Source of the DNA: Candidatus Doudnabacteria bacterium
GTDB taxonomy: Bacteria > Patescibacteriota > Doudnabacteria > UBA920
Assembly (NCBI GenBank): GCA_016788665.1
Contig: JAEUSF010000002.1
Location: forward strand, 73,387 to 137,386
Length of the DNA stretch: 64,000 bases
Direction of reading: 5' to 3'
The notes below the pieces were generated by a model. That model made no database searches. It worked only from the letters and a program-made list of their open reading frames with translations, and was not told the origin of the DNA. The translations under genes were made by a program, and so were the position numbers. Of the stretch, positions 38,043-46,539 are shown in pieces (position 1 is the first letter of the stretch; each line of letters opens with the position of its first letter).

Positions 38043-38078
38043 ATAATTTATGATTAGTTTGTAGCATTATATTATGGC

Positions 38079-38609
38079 TTAAGTAAGGGGCTTTGTCAAG
38101 GTCTGCTTATTTTTTTCAAGCTTCACCCCTAAAACCGCCTTCACGGCTTCACCCGCATATACAAGCGAGGTTTTTGGCTCCGCATTACATACTTCGCCCG
38201 CCGCCCAAATCCCTGGCACCGATGTTTTCTGGTCAGCGTCCACTTTAATTTTTCCGCCAATAGTTTTTTGAGTCAAAGTCTCAAAATCTACCGGCCCTCC
38301 TCCAATTGTTATAAGAACATTTTTAGCATAATCCACCTGACCATTTTTTTGCTCGACCGCAAAACTCACAATTTGTTTATCTAAACCCATAGCCTCACTT
38401 TTATTTTTAAAACTAACGCACCTCGAGTTTTTAATTACTAACTTTATTTTTTCTTCTATTTGCCTAAGGTTTATAAACCCAAGCTCATCTTCAGTATAAA
38501 ATTCCAAAAGCGTCTTTGTTACTACCAAAGTTTTTATTCCTTCATGGTCAGCCGCAATGGCAGCGGTAGATCCGGCCAAACCGGCACCAATTATAATAAG
38601 GTCATACAT
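38079..38609 (-). CDS. Truncated thioredoxin-reductase-like FAD-binding protein (FAD domain only; no NADPH domain or CxxC); possibly a gene remnant
   Basis: N-terminal GxGxxG (IIIGAGLAGSTAA) and C-terminal TSVPGIWAAGEV (TrxB-like FAD motif). At 176 aa it is far shorter than the 325-aa paralog at 40196..41173. Confidence 0.45.
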   Translation of the reverse strand: MYDLIIIGAGLAGSTAAIAADHEGIKTLVVTKTLLEFYTEDELGFINLRQIEEKIKLVIKNSRCVSFKNKSEAMGLDKQIVSFAVEQKNGQVDYAKNVLITIGGGPVDFETLTQKTIGGKIKVDADQKTSVPGIWAAGEVCNAEPKTSLVYAGEAVKAVLGVKLEKNKQTLTKPLT

Positions 38610-38728
38610 AACTTTAGTTTAGAACCGAAAGTAAAATGTGTAAACCCCTACCCTCTTACACGAAATCTGCACAAATAAAATACCCTCCTAATGGAGGATA
38701 TATATTTACATTAAATATATGAGTGAAA

Positions 38729-39667
38729 TTATGGATTCAGCTCACGACCATCCTTTGGTTCTTTAATGCTTTCTAAAACCAAAGCGGTAACTGCTCCAAG
38801 TAAAATTATCGCTCCAGCTATCTGATAAACACCCAAAGCAATACCTAAAAATTTCCAATTTATTAAACTCAAAGCCAAAGGGTATCCAAGCTCCATAAGA
38901 GTTGCGGTTGAAGCTTTTGTATTTTTTAACCCAAAATAATAAAGCAGCAATGCAAAAAACCCTGTAAGTAGCGAAATTATAATAGTATTCCGCCAAAAAT
39001 ACGGGCTCATTAAACCAAATTGCATTTTTTCAAACGCTAGAACGTAAACGAGTAAAAACACAAAACCCAACACAAACCTTAAGCCGGTAACAAACTGGAA
39101 ATTTAAATCAAAAAGAAGAGCGCGTCCCACAACTGTTCCTCCGGCCCATAACAAAGCAGCTAATACTGCCAATGCCGGCCCATGCCAACTTACTCCCTCC
39201 ACTGCTTCCCAAATATTTAAAGGGGAAATAGCCCCAAATGAAATTAAGTACCCGCCCAACAAGGCAGGTATAACCAATAGCCAAAATTTTAAACTAATTT
39301 TTTCTTTTAAAAATACCGCTGCCAATAATATAGCAAACAAGGGCTGAAATTTTTGCAACAGAGCAGCCACGGTAAAATTGTAATTCATGGCCACTGCGCC
39401 CTGCACAAAAAGTATGGCAGCCAAGGCTGAAGCCCCAGCACCAATATACAGAAGGCCCAACATTTTTTTAAAATCAAGTTTATAAAAATCCGCTCGGTGA
39501 CGTATTAAGCCGGGCAACGAAACCAAACCATTAAACATGTGTTCTAAAAAGGCAACGAATCCAGTCCCCAAACCGCCTACCAATAAAGGCTTTCGAAACG
39601 GAGCATCACCCGCCCATAAAAGCGAAGCTAAAAAAACTATTACCGCCCCCGATTTCTTTTTATTCAT
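38729..39667 (-). CDS. EamA/DMT-family transporter (10 TM)
   Basis: Two EamA-like repeats, each with 5 TM segments. Confidence 0.7.
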   Translation of the reverse strand: MNKKKSGAVIVFLASLLWAGDAPFRKPLLVGGLGTGFVAFLEHMFNGLVSLPGLIRHRADFYKLDFKKMLGLLYIGAGASALAAILFVQGAVAMNYNFTVAALLQKFQPLFAILLAAVFLKEKISLKFWLLVIPALLGGYLISFGAISPLNIWEAVEGVSWHGPALAVLAALLWAGGTVVGRALLFDLNFQFVTGLRFVLGFVFLLVYVLAFEKMQFGLMSPYFWRNTIIISLLTGFFALLLYYFGLKNTKASTATLMELGYPLALSLINWKFLGIALGVYQIAGAIILLGAVTALVLESIKEPKDGRELNP

Positions 39668-39674
39668 GTTTGTA

Positions 39675-40073
39675 TTACTGATCCCTTAAGAGCACTTTAT
39701 TATTTATTACCACCTTCTTAACATCTCTCTCAATTTGTTCCTTTAAAGATTTTGTATTATTAAATTTTTTAAAGGGTCTTAAATAGTTTATTAACACCAG
39801 TTCAATTTTTCTGTTATATAAATTTCCCCTAAACCCTATTAAGTGTGCCTCAATTTTTGGCAAGTTATTTTTATCTATAGGCCCTATTACTATTGCTGCA
39901 TTATAACTTTTATATTTTTTATCCGATGTTTTGTATCCTGCTACCCCTGACCAGACTCCCAATTTAATCTTCATACCACTTCTTACAAATTGCCTGCGAT
40001 CCAAATTTGCCGTAGGGTACCCAAGCTTTCTGCCATAACCATCTCCTTTTATAACAGTGCCTTTGATTAACAT
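39675..40073 (-). CDS. Riboflavin kinase (monofunctional, RibF C-terminal-domain type)
   Basis: Motif GTVIKGDGYGRKLGYPTANL (compare GxVxxGxxRGxxLGFPTAN). Confidence 0.7.
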   Translation of the reverse strand: MLIKGTVIKGDGYGRKLGYPTANLDRRQFVRSGMKIKLGVWSGVAGYKTSDKKYKSYNAAIVIGPIDKNNLPKIEAHLIGFRGNLYNRKIELVLINYLRPFKKFNNTKSLKEQIERDVKKVVINNKVLLRDQ

Positions 40074-40195
40074 ATTTAAAAATATTTTCCGATCCTAATC
40101 TACGAATTAAATCCGAATCTGCTAATAACTGCGGATACACAACATCTGTAGACACCCGTAGATTTAGATTGCAGTATTGGTAAATTCGGATCGGG

Positions 40196-41173
40196 TTAAT
40201 GACCTTCTTGTTCTGCCAAATATTTCTCTACATCTAGCGCCGCCATACAGCCCATACCTGCTGCGGAGATAGCCTGTCTATATCTAGGATCATTTACGTC
40301 ACCCGCGACGAACACCCCTTCTGTATTGGTATGCGTATGATTAAAAACTTTAACATAACCTTTTTCATCTGTTTCTATACCGGCTTCTTTAAAAATTTTG
40401 GTGGTCGGAGTATGCCCAATTGCCACAAAAAAACCTTGCGCTGACAAAACCTCTTCCTGTCCGCTTTGATTATGCTTTATTTTTACACCTTCTACTTTTT
40501 CTTCTCCTATAATATCGGTGATTGCGACATTGGTTACAAACTTTATTTTGGAGTTTGCCCTAGCACGCGCCAACATTATTTTACTTGCTTTAAAATCTTC
40601 TCTTCTATGAACTATAGTCACCGACTTACCAAACTTTGTTAAAAAATTTGCCTCTTCCATTGCGCTATCGCCACCACCAGCTACCACAATGTCCTTGTCT
40701 TTAAAGAAAAAACCGTCACAAGTTGCACAAGCACTTACGCCCTTTCCCCGAAGTCGCTGTTCGTTAGGAAGACCAAGCCAATTAGCCGTAGCACCTGTTG
40801 CGATAATAACCGAATTTGCAAGAAATTCTTCTGAAGAAGTTTTTACAGCAAAAGGTTTCTTAGAAAAATCAACAGCAACAGCATTATCACGAACTAATTT
40901 TGTCCCAAATCTTTCAACCTGTTTTATCATGTTATCCATAAGCTCAGGACCCATAATACCATTTACAAATCCCGGAAAATTTTCCACTTCTGTAGTTTGC
41001 ATAAGCTGTCCGCCCGGCTCCAAACCAGCAATCACCAAAGGTTTCAAATCAGCTCTTGCGGCATATAAGGCTGCGGTAAGACCCGCCGGGCCAGAACCTA
41101 TGATTATAACGTTATGAGTAATCTTGTCTAACATAAATGTTTTGAGTGATGAGCGATAGGTTACCGGTAACAA
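40196..41173 (-). CDS. trxB: Thioredoxin-disulfide reductase
   Basis: FAD GxGxxG motif, redox-active CATCDG, NADPH-binding GGGDSAMEEA and a C-terminal FAD motif. Confidence 0.9.
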   Translation of the reverse strand: MLPVTYRSSLKTFMLDKITHNVIIIGSGPAGLTAALYAARADLKPLVIAGLEPGGQLMQTTEVENFPGFVNGIMGPELMDNMIKQVERFGTKLVRDNAVAVDFSKKPFAVKTSSEEFLANSVIIATGATANWLGLPNEQRLRGKGVSACATCDGFFFKDKDIVVAGGGDSAMEEANFLTKFGKSVTIVHRREDFKASKIMLARARANSKIKFVTNVAITDIIGEEKVEGVKIKHNQSGQEEVLSAQGFFVAIGHTPTTKIFKEAGIETDEKGYVKVFNHTHTNTEGVFVAGDVNDPRYRQAISAAGMGCMAALDVEKYLAEQEGH

Positions 41174-41258
41174 ATACTAAAAATACTTAATTCCATTAAC
41201 CCCTTAATGCTCACCAGTTACTATTATTGTCTATTTATTTTAAAGCAAAAAAACCTTC

Positions 41259-41287
41259 TTGACAAACCTAAAGACGAAGTTTATAAT
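41259..41287 (+). promoter_or_regulatory. Perfect sigma70 consensus promoter TTGACA-17-TATAAT
   Basis: TTGACA at 41259-41264, a 17-nt spacer and TATAAT at 41282-41287. Followed by an 83-nt structured 5' UTR and an AAGGA RBS. Confidence 0.55.
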
Positions 41288-41376
41288 CACAGGTCCCCTG
41301 CTTGTTTGTGGGGGAAACAGAACATTAACAAACGCCTCACACTCTGAGGCAATAAGGAGGGCGGAAAGGAAATCCT

Positions 41377-41646
41377 ATGTCCTTTTTGTTCCTGATGGTC
41401 GTGTTTGCCATGGCCTCTCTTGCACATGCCGCCGGCGCCACTATGCGCCTGAGCAGTTTCTTGAGAAAGCAAAGCCTAAAAAAACAAACACTCCCAAAAG
41501 CAGTTACGGCCCTTATGGCCGCCGCGCAGCTTTCAGAGCTAGCAAGCCTTATAGAACACGCTTCGTTCGTGCATTTTGTTGGAGCAGCGATGGTTCTGGT
41601 AGTCTTGTTAGCTGTTAAGTCAGGAACCGAAGAACATGGGTTGTAG
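41377..41646 (+). CDS. GC-rich small (89 aa) Ala/Leu-rich protein with a signal peptide and a C-terminal hydrophobic anchor
   Basis: N-terminal MSFLFLMVVFAMASLAHAAGA and C-terminal FVGAAMVLVVLLAVKSGTEEHGL. Flanked by the consensus promoter and the 41711-41752 terminator. Confidence 0.4.
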   Translation: MSFLFLMVVFAMASLAHAAGATMRLSSFLRKQSLKKQTLPKAVTALMAAAQLSELASLIEHASFVHFVGAAMVLVVLLAVKSGTEEHGL

Positions 41647-41710
41647 GCAAAACCGCCTCCCCAAAAACCCAAGGGTTTCCTGATACCATGTCACGCGAGT
41701 GACAGAATCT

Positions 41711-41752
41711 AAAATCCCCGAGAGCTTACGCTTTTCGGGGATTTTCTATTTT
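41711..41752 (+). terminator. Intrinsic terminator
   Basis: AAAATCCCCGA / TCGGGGATTTT 11-bp stem followed by a T-rich tract. Confidence 0.6.
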
Positions 41753-41808
41753 CTAAAGGATAAAGCCTGCCCGGATGACCTGTTCGGACAGAGATAAAGC
41801 CTGAACCT

Positions 41809-42882
41809 CTACTTATATTCTCCCAGTATGAGAGGTAGATCCATTTTTTCTCCGTTGCGAAGAATGGTTACCAAAATTTGGTTTCCAGCCTCATAGCGCA
41901 ACACTTCTGTATCTAACTGATTCACCTGATTAATTTCCTTTTTATTTAAATGAGTAACAATATCGTTAACTTTTATACCTGCCAAAGCGGAAGGACTCCC
42001 CACCTCAACCTTTAAAACCACAGCCCCCTTATCTGTAGGCAAATTATTTTCAGTTTGAATAGTTTTAGTCAAACCCACAAAACTCAAACCCAAATATGGG
42101 CGACTTACTTTGCCCAAAGTTTTAAGCTGTTCAACTGATGTCTTTATCGTATTTACAGGGACTGCAAACCCTATACCTTGAGCAGTTGCATCAATTAAAG
42201 TATTCATACCTACAACTTCCCCTGCCATGTTAACCAAAGGCCCGCCGCTATTACCAGGGTTTATAGAAGCATCTGTTTGAATTAAATTTTGCAAACGAGG
42301 TTTAGGATTGCTTTCAGTGCCGACATTTACCGCCCTGGAAAGCCCAGACACAACTCCGCGCGTAACAGTATTCTGGTACTTGCCCAAAGTATTCCCTATT
42401 GCAAAAACAGTTTGACCAGTTTCCAATCCACTCGAATCCGCCAAGGCCGCAGGCACGAGACCAGTCGTCTCTATTTTTATAAGTCCAATGTCGTTATATT
42501 TGTCGGTTCCCACTACCCGAGCATCATAAGTTTTGCCGTCTGCAAACATAACTGTATATTTGCCTTCCGGTTCATTTATAACATGCTGGTTAGTAACTAT
42601 ATAGCCATCTGCTGACAAAATAAACCCCGTGCCAGAAACTTCTGTTGACTCAAATTTTATAGTAGGAGTATTTTCAACTTTGTTAACCCCCAAAATATTC
42701 ACCACGCTAGACTTTGCCTTCCGTACAGCCAAAATAGCCTGCTGCTCATCTGTCGTCGGCTTTGAAGACGTTGGCTTGATAGGGTTTAACTTAACATTTT
42801 GACCAACAACCTGGGTCGAAAAAGCCAAAAAACCCCCAATTGCCACAGGTGCCAAAAATTTCGCAATTCTATTGCTTTTCAT
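41809..42882 (-). CDS. htrA: HtrA/DegP-family periplasmic serine protease with PDZ domain
   Basis: Signal/TM anchor at the N-terminus. Catalytic triad context TNQHV, D..L.K and GNSGGPLVN. PDZ domain at the C-terminus. Confidence 0.9.
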   Translation of the reverse strand: MKSNRIAKFLAPVAIGGFLAFSTQVVGQNVKLNPIKPTSSKPTTDEQQAILAVRKAKSSVVNILGVNKVENTPTIKFESTEVSGTGFILSADGYIVTNQHVINEPEGKYTVMFADGKTYDARVVGTDKYNDIGLIKIETTGLVPAALADSSGLETGQTVFAIGNTLGKYQNTVTRGVVSGLSRAVNVGTESNPKPRLQNLIQTDASINPGNSGGPLVNMAGEVVGMNTLIDATAQGIGFAVPVNTIKTSVEQLKTLGKVSRPYLGLSFVGLTKTIQTENNLPTDKGAVVLKVEVGSPSALAGIKVNDIVTHLNKKEINQVNQLDTEVLRYEAGNQILVTILRNGEKMDLPLILGEYK

Positions 42883-43087
42883 AATATTTATTTATTTATT
42901 TATACAAACCATATTATAGCAAATAATATTGTTTTCATTCATACATTTGGCATTTTAAAATATTATTCTCATTTTGATAAGGAATTTATTTTCTACCAAC
43001 GGCTTTTTAACCTTTGGGTCAGAAAGAGCTATTAGACTATCTTTATTGATTAAGATAATTAAGTAAAAAAGTCAGGAGGTGAAAAAT

Positions 43088-43183
43088 ATGGCAAAAAATT
43101 CTAAACAAGGTAGAGGCTGGCACGGCGACTCAGAAGGACATGCACGCGCCGGCAGCCAATCCCATAAAAACGACAGACGCTAA
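43088..43183 (+). CDS. Very small basic hydrophilic protein (31 aa), possibly stress-related
   Basis: AGGAGGTGAAAAAT-ATG translation signal and no competing long ORF. MAKNSKQGRGWHGDSEGHARAGSQSHKNDRR. Confidence 0.4.
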   Translation: MAKNSKQGRGWHGDSEGHARAGSQSHKNDRR

Positions 43184-43247
43184 ATGGAATAAAATCCCAT
43201 CGTCTTAAAGTATAAATTAACAAAAACTTTGCTAGGAGGTGAAAAAT

Positions 43248-43373
43248 ATGTCCCACAACCACAACAATTCCAAAAGCAGAAACACTTCCTCGAACCAAGA
43301 CTCCTGGGAACGAACATCGAAGCAAAACGAACAAGCTTCGCGCAGTAACAGAGAAGCCAACAAAACTGAATAA
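43248..43373 (+). CDS. Very small hydrophilic protein (41 aa), a paralog-like tandem partner of 43088..43183
   Basis: Identical AGGAGGTGAAAAATATG initiation region. Followed by a terminator hairpin (ATCAGCAG...CTGCTGAT) at about 43388-43425. Confidence 0.4.
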   Translation: MSHNHNNSKSRNTSSNQDSWERTSKQNEQASRSNREANKTE

Positions 43374-43614
43374 ACAAAATTAACAAAATCAGCAGCCTTT
43401 GAAAGACTGCTGATTTTAGCATTTTTAGGCTAAAAACGGCCAAAATACCTGTATACACACCAGTCTATATATGCTATACTTATTAGGCAATAACTATTGT
43501 AACAAATCTAGTCGAATTTTAATCCCATAGCTTACTTGCGCTTTCCCGCACACTAAAATTTTTATATATATTTTATAGACGGTTAAGTTCTTATTATTTA
43601 TAATTCCAAAAATT

Positions 43615-43812
43615 ATGAACGGTGTTGTAAAAAAGAAAATGGACAAAGGCTTCGGCTTTATAACCATTGAAGGACAAAATCAAGATTTGTTCTTTCACAG
43701 CAACTCTTTGGTTGATATAACCTTCGAAGAGCTAAACGTAGGCGATGCAGTTTCCTTTGAAATAGAAGATTCCCCAAAAGGAAAAAATGCAGTCAGCGTA
43801 AGAAAAGTTTAA
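43615..43812 (+). CDS. cspA: Cold-shock protein, CspA family
   Basis: KGFGFI RNP1-like motif, 65 aa. The long AT-rich 5' UTR is typical of csp genes. Confidence 0.9.
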   Translation: MNGVVKKKMDKGFGFITIEGQNQDLFFHSNSLVDITFEELNVGDAVSFEIEDSPKGKNAVSVRKV

Positions 43813-43868
43813 TACTTTTTAAAAAACCTCCCTTACTTGCCTTTGGCAACAGGGAGGTTTTTTTATTC
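43779..43868 (+). repeat. Direct repeat copy A (csp 3' end plus terminator), about 90 bp
   Basis: Matches 45606-45695 with about 3 mismatches. Confidence 0.75.
43824..43868. terminator. Bidirectional intrinsic terminator, part of the duplicated segment
   Basis: CCTCCCT...AGGGAGG stem flanked by an A-run and a T-run. The identical copy lies at 45650-45695. Confidence 0.65.
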
Positions 43869-43891
43869 TATAATAAACTTTTGTAATTAGA

Positions 43892-45526
43892 TTAATTTTT
43901 ATTCTGCTCTGCCTCAAGTCGGATACGCAGCTCATCAAATTTTTTTTCTAATTCCGAAACCTGATCATCATGTTTGTTTCTTATAAACGTACTAGTTTCG
44001 TAATACTTTTCCTCTACTAGTTTCCTCTTTTCTTTGACTTCTTCCCAACCTACTTTTCCAGACCTATATACATCGGTTATATTATCCCGCGCCTTAATCT
44101 GATCATCCTTTGCTTTTTGGGATTCTTTTATATATTCCTGTCTTATTGCCCAAAATGCCTCATTTCGATTATTCCTCAAATTAAAACTTAGGTCTCCGCC
44201 ACCGAATCTAAAAAATAAACTTCCTTGCGAACCTAACTGAACCTGTCTTGTATTTTTTTCGAACCACTCATGCTTGCTTTCTAGGGAAGTCCCGGCAGGA
44301 AAATAGGCATCATCGCTTAAACGTTTTATTAACTGCTCAAATTCATAAGCCAACCCCTGCCTGTCCACAAAGGTTATTAGGTCATTCCCATTCACTAAAG
44401 CAAAATATATGTCTATATGCTCCTTACTTCCCACCTCATTGAATTTTACCAACTTTGACCAACTAAAATCCTGAATCCCTTCGTCGGTTAAAACAATTAC
44501 CGCTCGTTGCGAACCTGCATTTTCCGGAAGCAGTTTTTTTTCCAATACTTGATCCAACGAATTAAACAGTTGTTCATTTCCACCACTTAGCCTCAAATTC
44601 GACAGCGTCTCTTCTAGCTTTTCTGAAGGAACTTTCTTATAACTATCCAAGTCAGCACCTCTTTCAAAGGTAACAACATGGTTGGTGTCTGAACTAAAGT
44701 CTGAAGGCATTTGTTTAAACGCTTCACCAAACTTTTTACCCAAACGACCATAATCGTCCGACATAGATTCGCTCCGATCCGCCAAAATGGTAATTTTGTC
44801 ATAACTGGCCATAATTTCTACCAACTTAGCGTACTGAACTTCCACTTCGTTATCTCCCGGTAATTCAAAAGCCACCCGCGCATAACGCGCTTGGTCGTAT
44901 AATCCAGACAACTGCTCCCCAGAAAGTTTTTTTATTTCTTCTGGCTTATACCTTTCTTTCGTCGCCGGATTAATTAACTGAGTAATTGGTAAAAAACCTA
45001 CTCCCCAAGAACCTGCGGCTATCCGTTTGGTATAAGTCTTACGCCGAAACTGGCGCAGTGCGGTTGGATCTATCTGAGAGGAAAACTTATATGTCTCAAT
45101 AATATTCCGAAGCAACCCGTCCAAAGCTTTAAGTCTTTCGGTACTTAAACCTTCATTTCCCTTTTCCCATTTTTTTGTTGGCCTTTCGTCACTAGAAACC
45201 TCAATGCTTATACGACTTGAATTTAGCTTTGTAAACTTTTCCTTGTTATTATATTCTTCCAAAAATTTTTCAATTTTAGTTCTAATTTCTACCTCAGCCC
45301 TCCCGTTTAATTCAGCCGCGTCGACAGGGAAGGAGTTAGCAAAATCAAAATTTTCTAAAGCTTGAGTCTTTTTTGTCTCAGCCTTTTCACCCACCAAACC
45401 AGATTTAAAGTCCGAGCAACCCGGTATTAACAAGCTAGCCCCTAAGACCACCCACCTAGCAAGCCCAAAAGCCTTTTTTTTATACTCTTCGCCTCTAAAA
45501 CCCGATTCAAAACTTCTTTCCGACAT
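43892..45526 (-). CDS. Putative lipoprotein with a von Willebrand factor A (vWA) domain
   Basis: N-terminal signal with Cys (LLIPGCSD). MIDAS motif DxSxS (ADRSESMS) and VIVLTDEG. Native-type extended -10 TGGTAATAT upstream and no SD. Flanked by the about 90-bp direct repeats. Confidence 0.6.
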   Translation of the reverse strand: MSERSFESGFRGEEYKKKAFGLARWVVLGASLLIPGCSDFKSGLVGEKAETKKTQALENFDFANSFPVDAAELNGRAEVEIRTKIEKFLEEYNNKEKFTKLNSSRISIEVSSDERPTKKWEKGNEGLSTERLKALDGLLRNIIETYKFSSQIDPTALRQFRRKTYTKRIAAGSWGVGFLPITQLINPATKERYKPEEIKKLSGEQLSGLYDQARYARVAFELPGDNEVEVQYAKLVEIMASYDKITILADRSESMSDDYGRLGKKFGEAFKQMPSDFSSDTNHVVTFERGADLDSYKKVPSEKLEETLSNLRLSGGNEQLFNSLDQVLEKKLLPENAGSQRAVIVLTDEGIQDFSWSKLVKFNEVGSKEHIDIYFALVNGNDLITFVDRQGLAYEFEQLIKRLSDDAYFPAGTSLESKHEWFEKNTRQVQLGSQGSLFFRFGGGDLSFNLRNNRNEAFWAIRQEYIKESQKAKDDQIKARDNITDVYRSGKVGWEEVKEKRKLVEEKYYETSTFIRNKHDDQVSELEKKFDELRIRLEAEQNKN

Positions 45527-45605
45527 ATAATCAATACTATTAATGATAATTTATATTACCATAAATTAGCCGTTTTTAACTTAATGCCTAACCTTACAGG
45601 CCTTA

Positions 45606-45695
45606 CAAAAGGAAAAAACGCAGTCAACCTAAGAAAAGTTTAATACTTTTTAAAAAACCTCCCTTACTTGCCTTTGGCAACAGGGAGGTTTTTTT
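45606..45695 (+). repeat. Direct repeat copy B: duplicated csp 3' coding fragment plus terminator, about 90 bp
   Basis: Matches 43779-43868. It retains the last 8 csp codons (KGKNAVNLRKV versus KGKNAVSVRKV) and the terminator hairpin. Confidence 0.75.
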
Positions 45696-46098
45696 ATTAC
45701 TACGCAGCTTGGTTTTCCGCAGGGGCGGCAACTGGCGCTGTCTGGGTTTCCGGAGCCGGGCTAACTGGTTCCGTAGTGGTAGCATCTGTCTTTTGTTCGT
45801 CTGACATAACTGTATTCCTTTCGTATCCCGCTTCGGCAGACCCGAAGTTAACAGGACTACCTTATCTGAGCGAGACCATATTAGGGTAAATTGGCCCAGT
45901 AAGATATTTAGCCAGTGACTCATTATAACACTAACCAGCAAGAATAGATAGCTAGGAAACTACTGAAAACTGTCCTCCCCATTTACAAAAAATTTTCTCA
46001 TAAAAGTTCATTAATAGTTTTTGTAACTAGGATATTATATTGACACAATTAGTTAGGTACCTTACTATTATATATAAATCTAATTCATACGAACTCGT

Positions 46099-46539
46099 AT
46101 GCAAAAACTTGAATTAAGCCCATTAAGAAAACTCTTTCATACTGTCATACTTCTTTCCAAAAAGGATATGGTACGCAGATTCGCCGAAACGAATATTCAT
46201 CTTTCACAACTTCAGTTCTGGGTATTGGTAACCATTCGCGAACACCCGACTACCTTAAATGAAATAGCAAAAAAATTTGGTATAAAGCCGCCTTCCCTAA
46301 CACCGGTTGTAAGAATGCTAGAAAAAACCGGCTACCTGCAAAAAAAACCCGACGCCCATGACGGCAGAAAGTTCCAGCTAATAAATACAAAAAAAGGTGA
46401 ACAGGTCTTAAACAAATTACCCCTAAATACTTCAAAAGATGCGCTGAATGCCGCCTTCGAAAAACTTACGTCTACTAAACAAAGACAGCTTCTAAAACTA
46501 CTAGAGGAATTAATTTCAAATTTTGAATACCATGAATAA
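46099..46539 (+). CDS. MarR-family transcriptional regulator
   Basis: Winged-HTH segment LSQLQFWVLVTIREHPTTLNEIAKKFGIKPPSLTPVVRMLEKTGYL. Directly upstream of the ABC exporter pair. Confidence 0.85.
   Translation: MQKLELSPLRKLFHTVILLSKKDMVRRFAETNIHLSQLQFWVLVTIREHPTTLNEIAKKFGIKPPSLTPVVRMLEKTGYLQKKPDAHDGRKFQLINTKKGEQVLNKLPLNTSKDALNAAFEKLTSTKQRQLLKLLEELISNFEYHE

Noticed and set aside
41287-41700. GC-rich structured region first suspected to be an ncRNA (RNase P RNA, tmRNA, SRP or 6S)
   Set aside because: No conserved RNase P (GGAAAGUCC...ACAGAA), tmRNA (tRNA-like 3' end, tag ORF) or SRP domain IV motifs were found by eye. The region is better explained by a consensus promoter, RBS, an 89-aa ORF with a signal peptide and TM anchor, and a terminator.
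43779-45695. Integron cassette (attC) interpretation of the 90-bp direct repeats
   Set aside because: The repeats are a duplicated csp 3' coding end plus terminator, not imperfect-palindromic attC sites, and no intI is present. Duplication or recombination fits better.
45624-45941. 105-aa minus-strand ORF and 73-aa plus-strand ORF (45668-45889) from the ORF track
   Set aside because: Both run across the duplicated terminator hairpin (copy B) and lack start signals. A shorter 34-aa ORF in another frame (45702-45806), with an RBS and ending at the terminator, fits better, though it too is low confidence.
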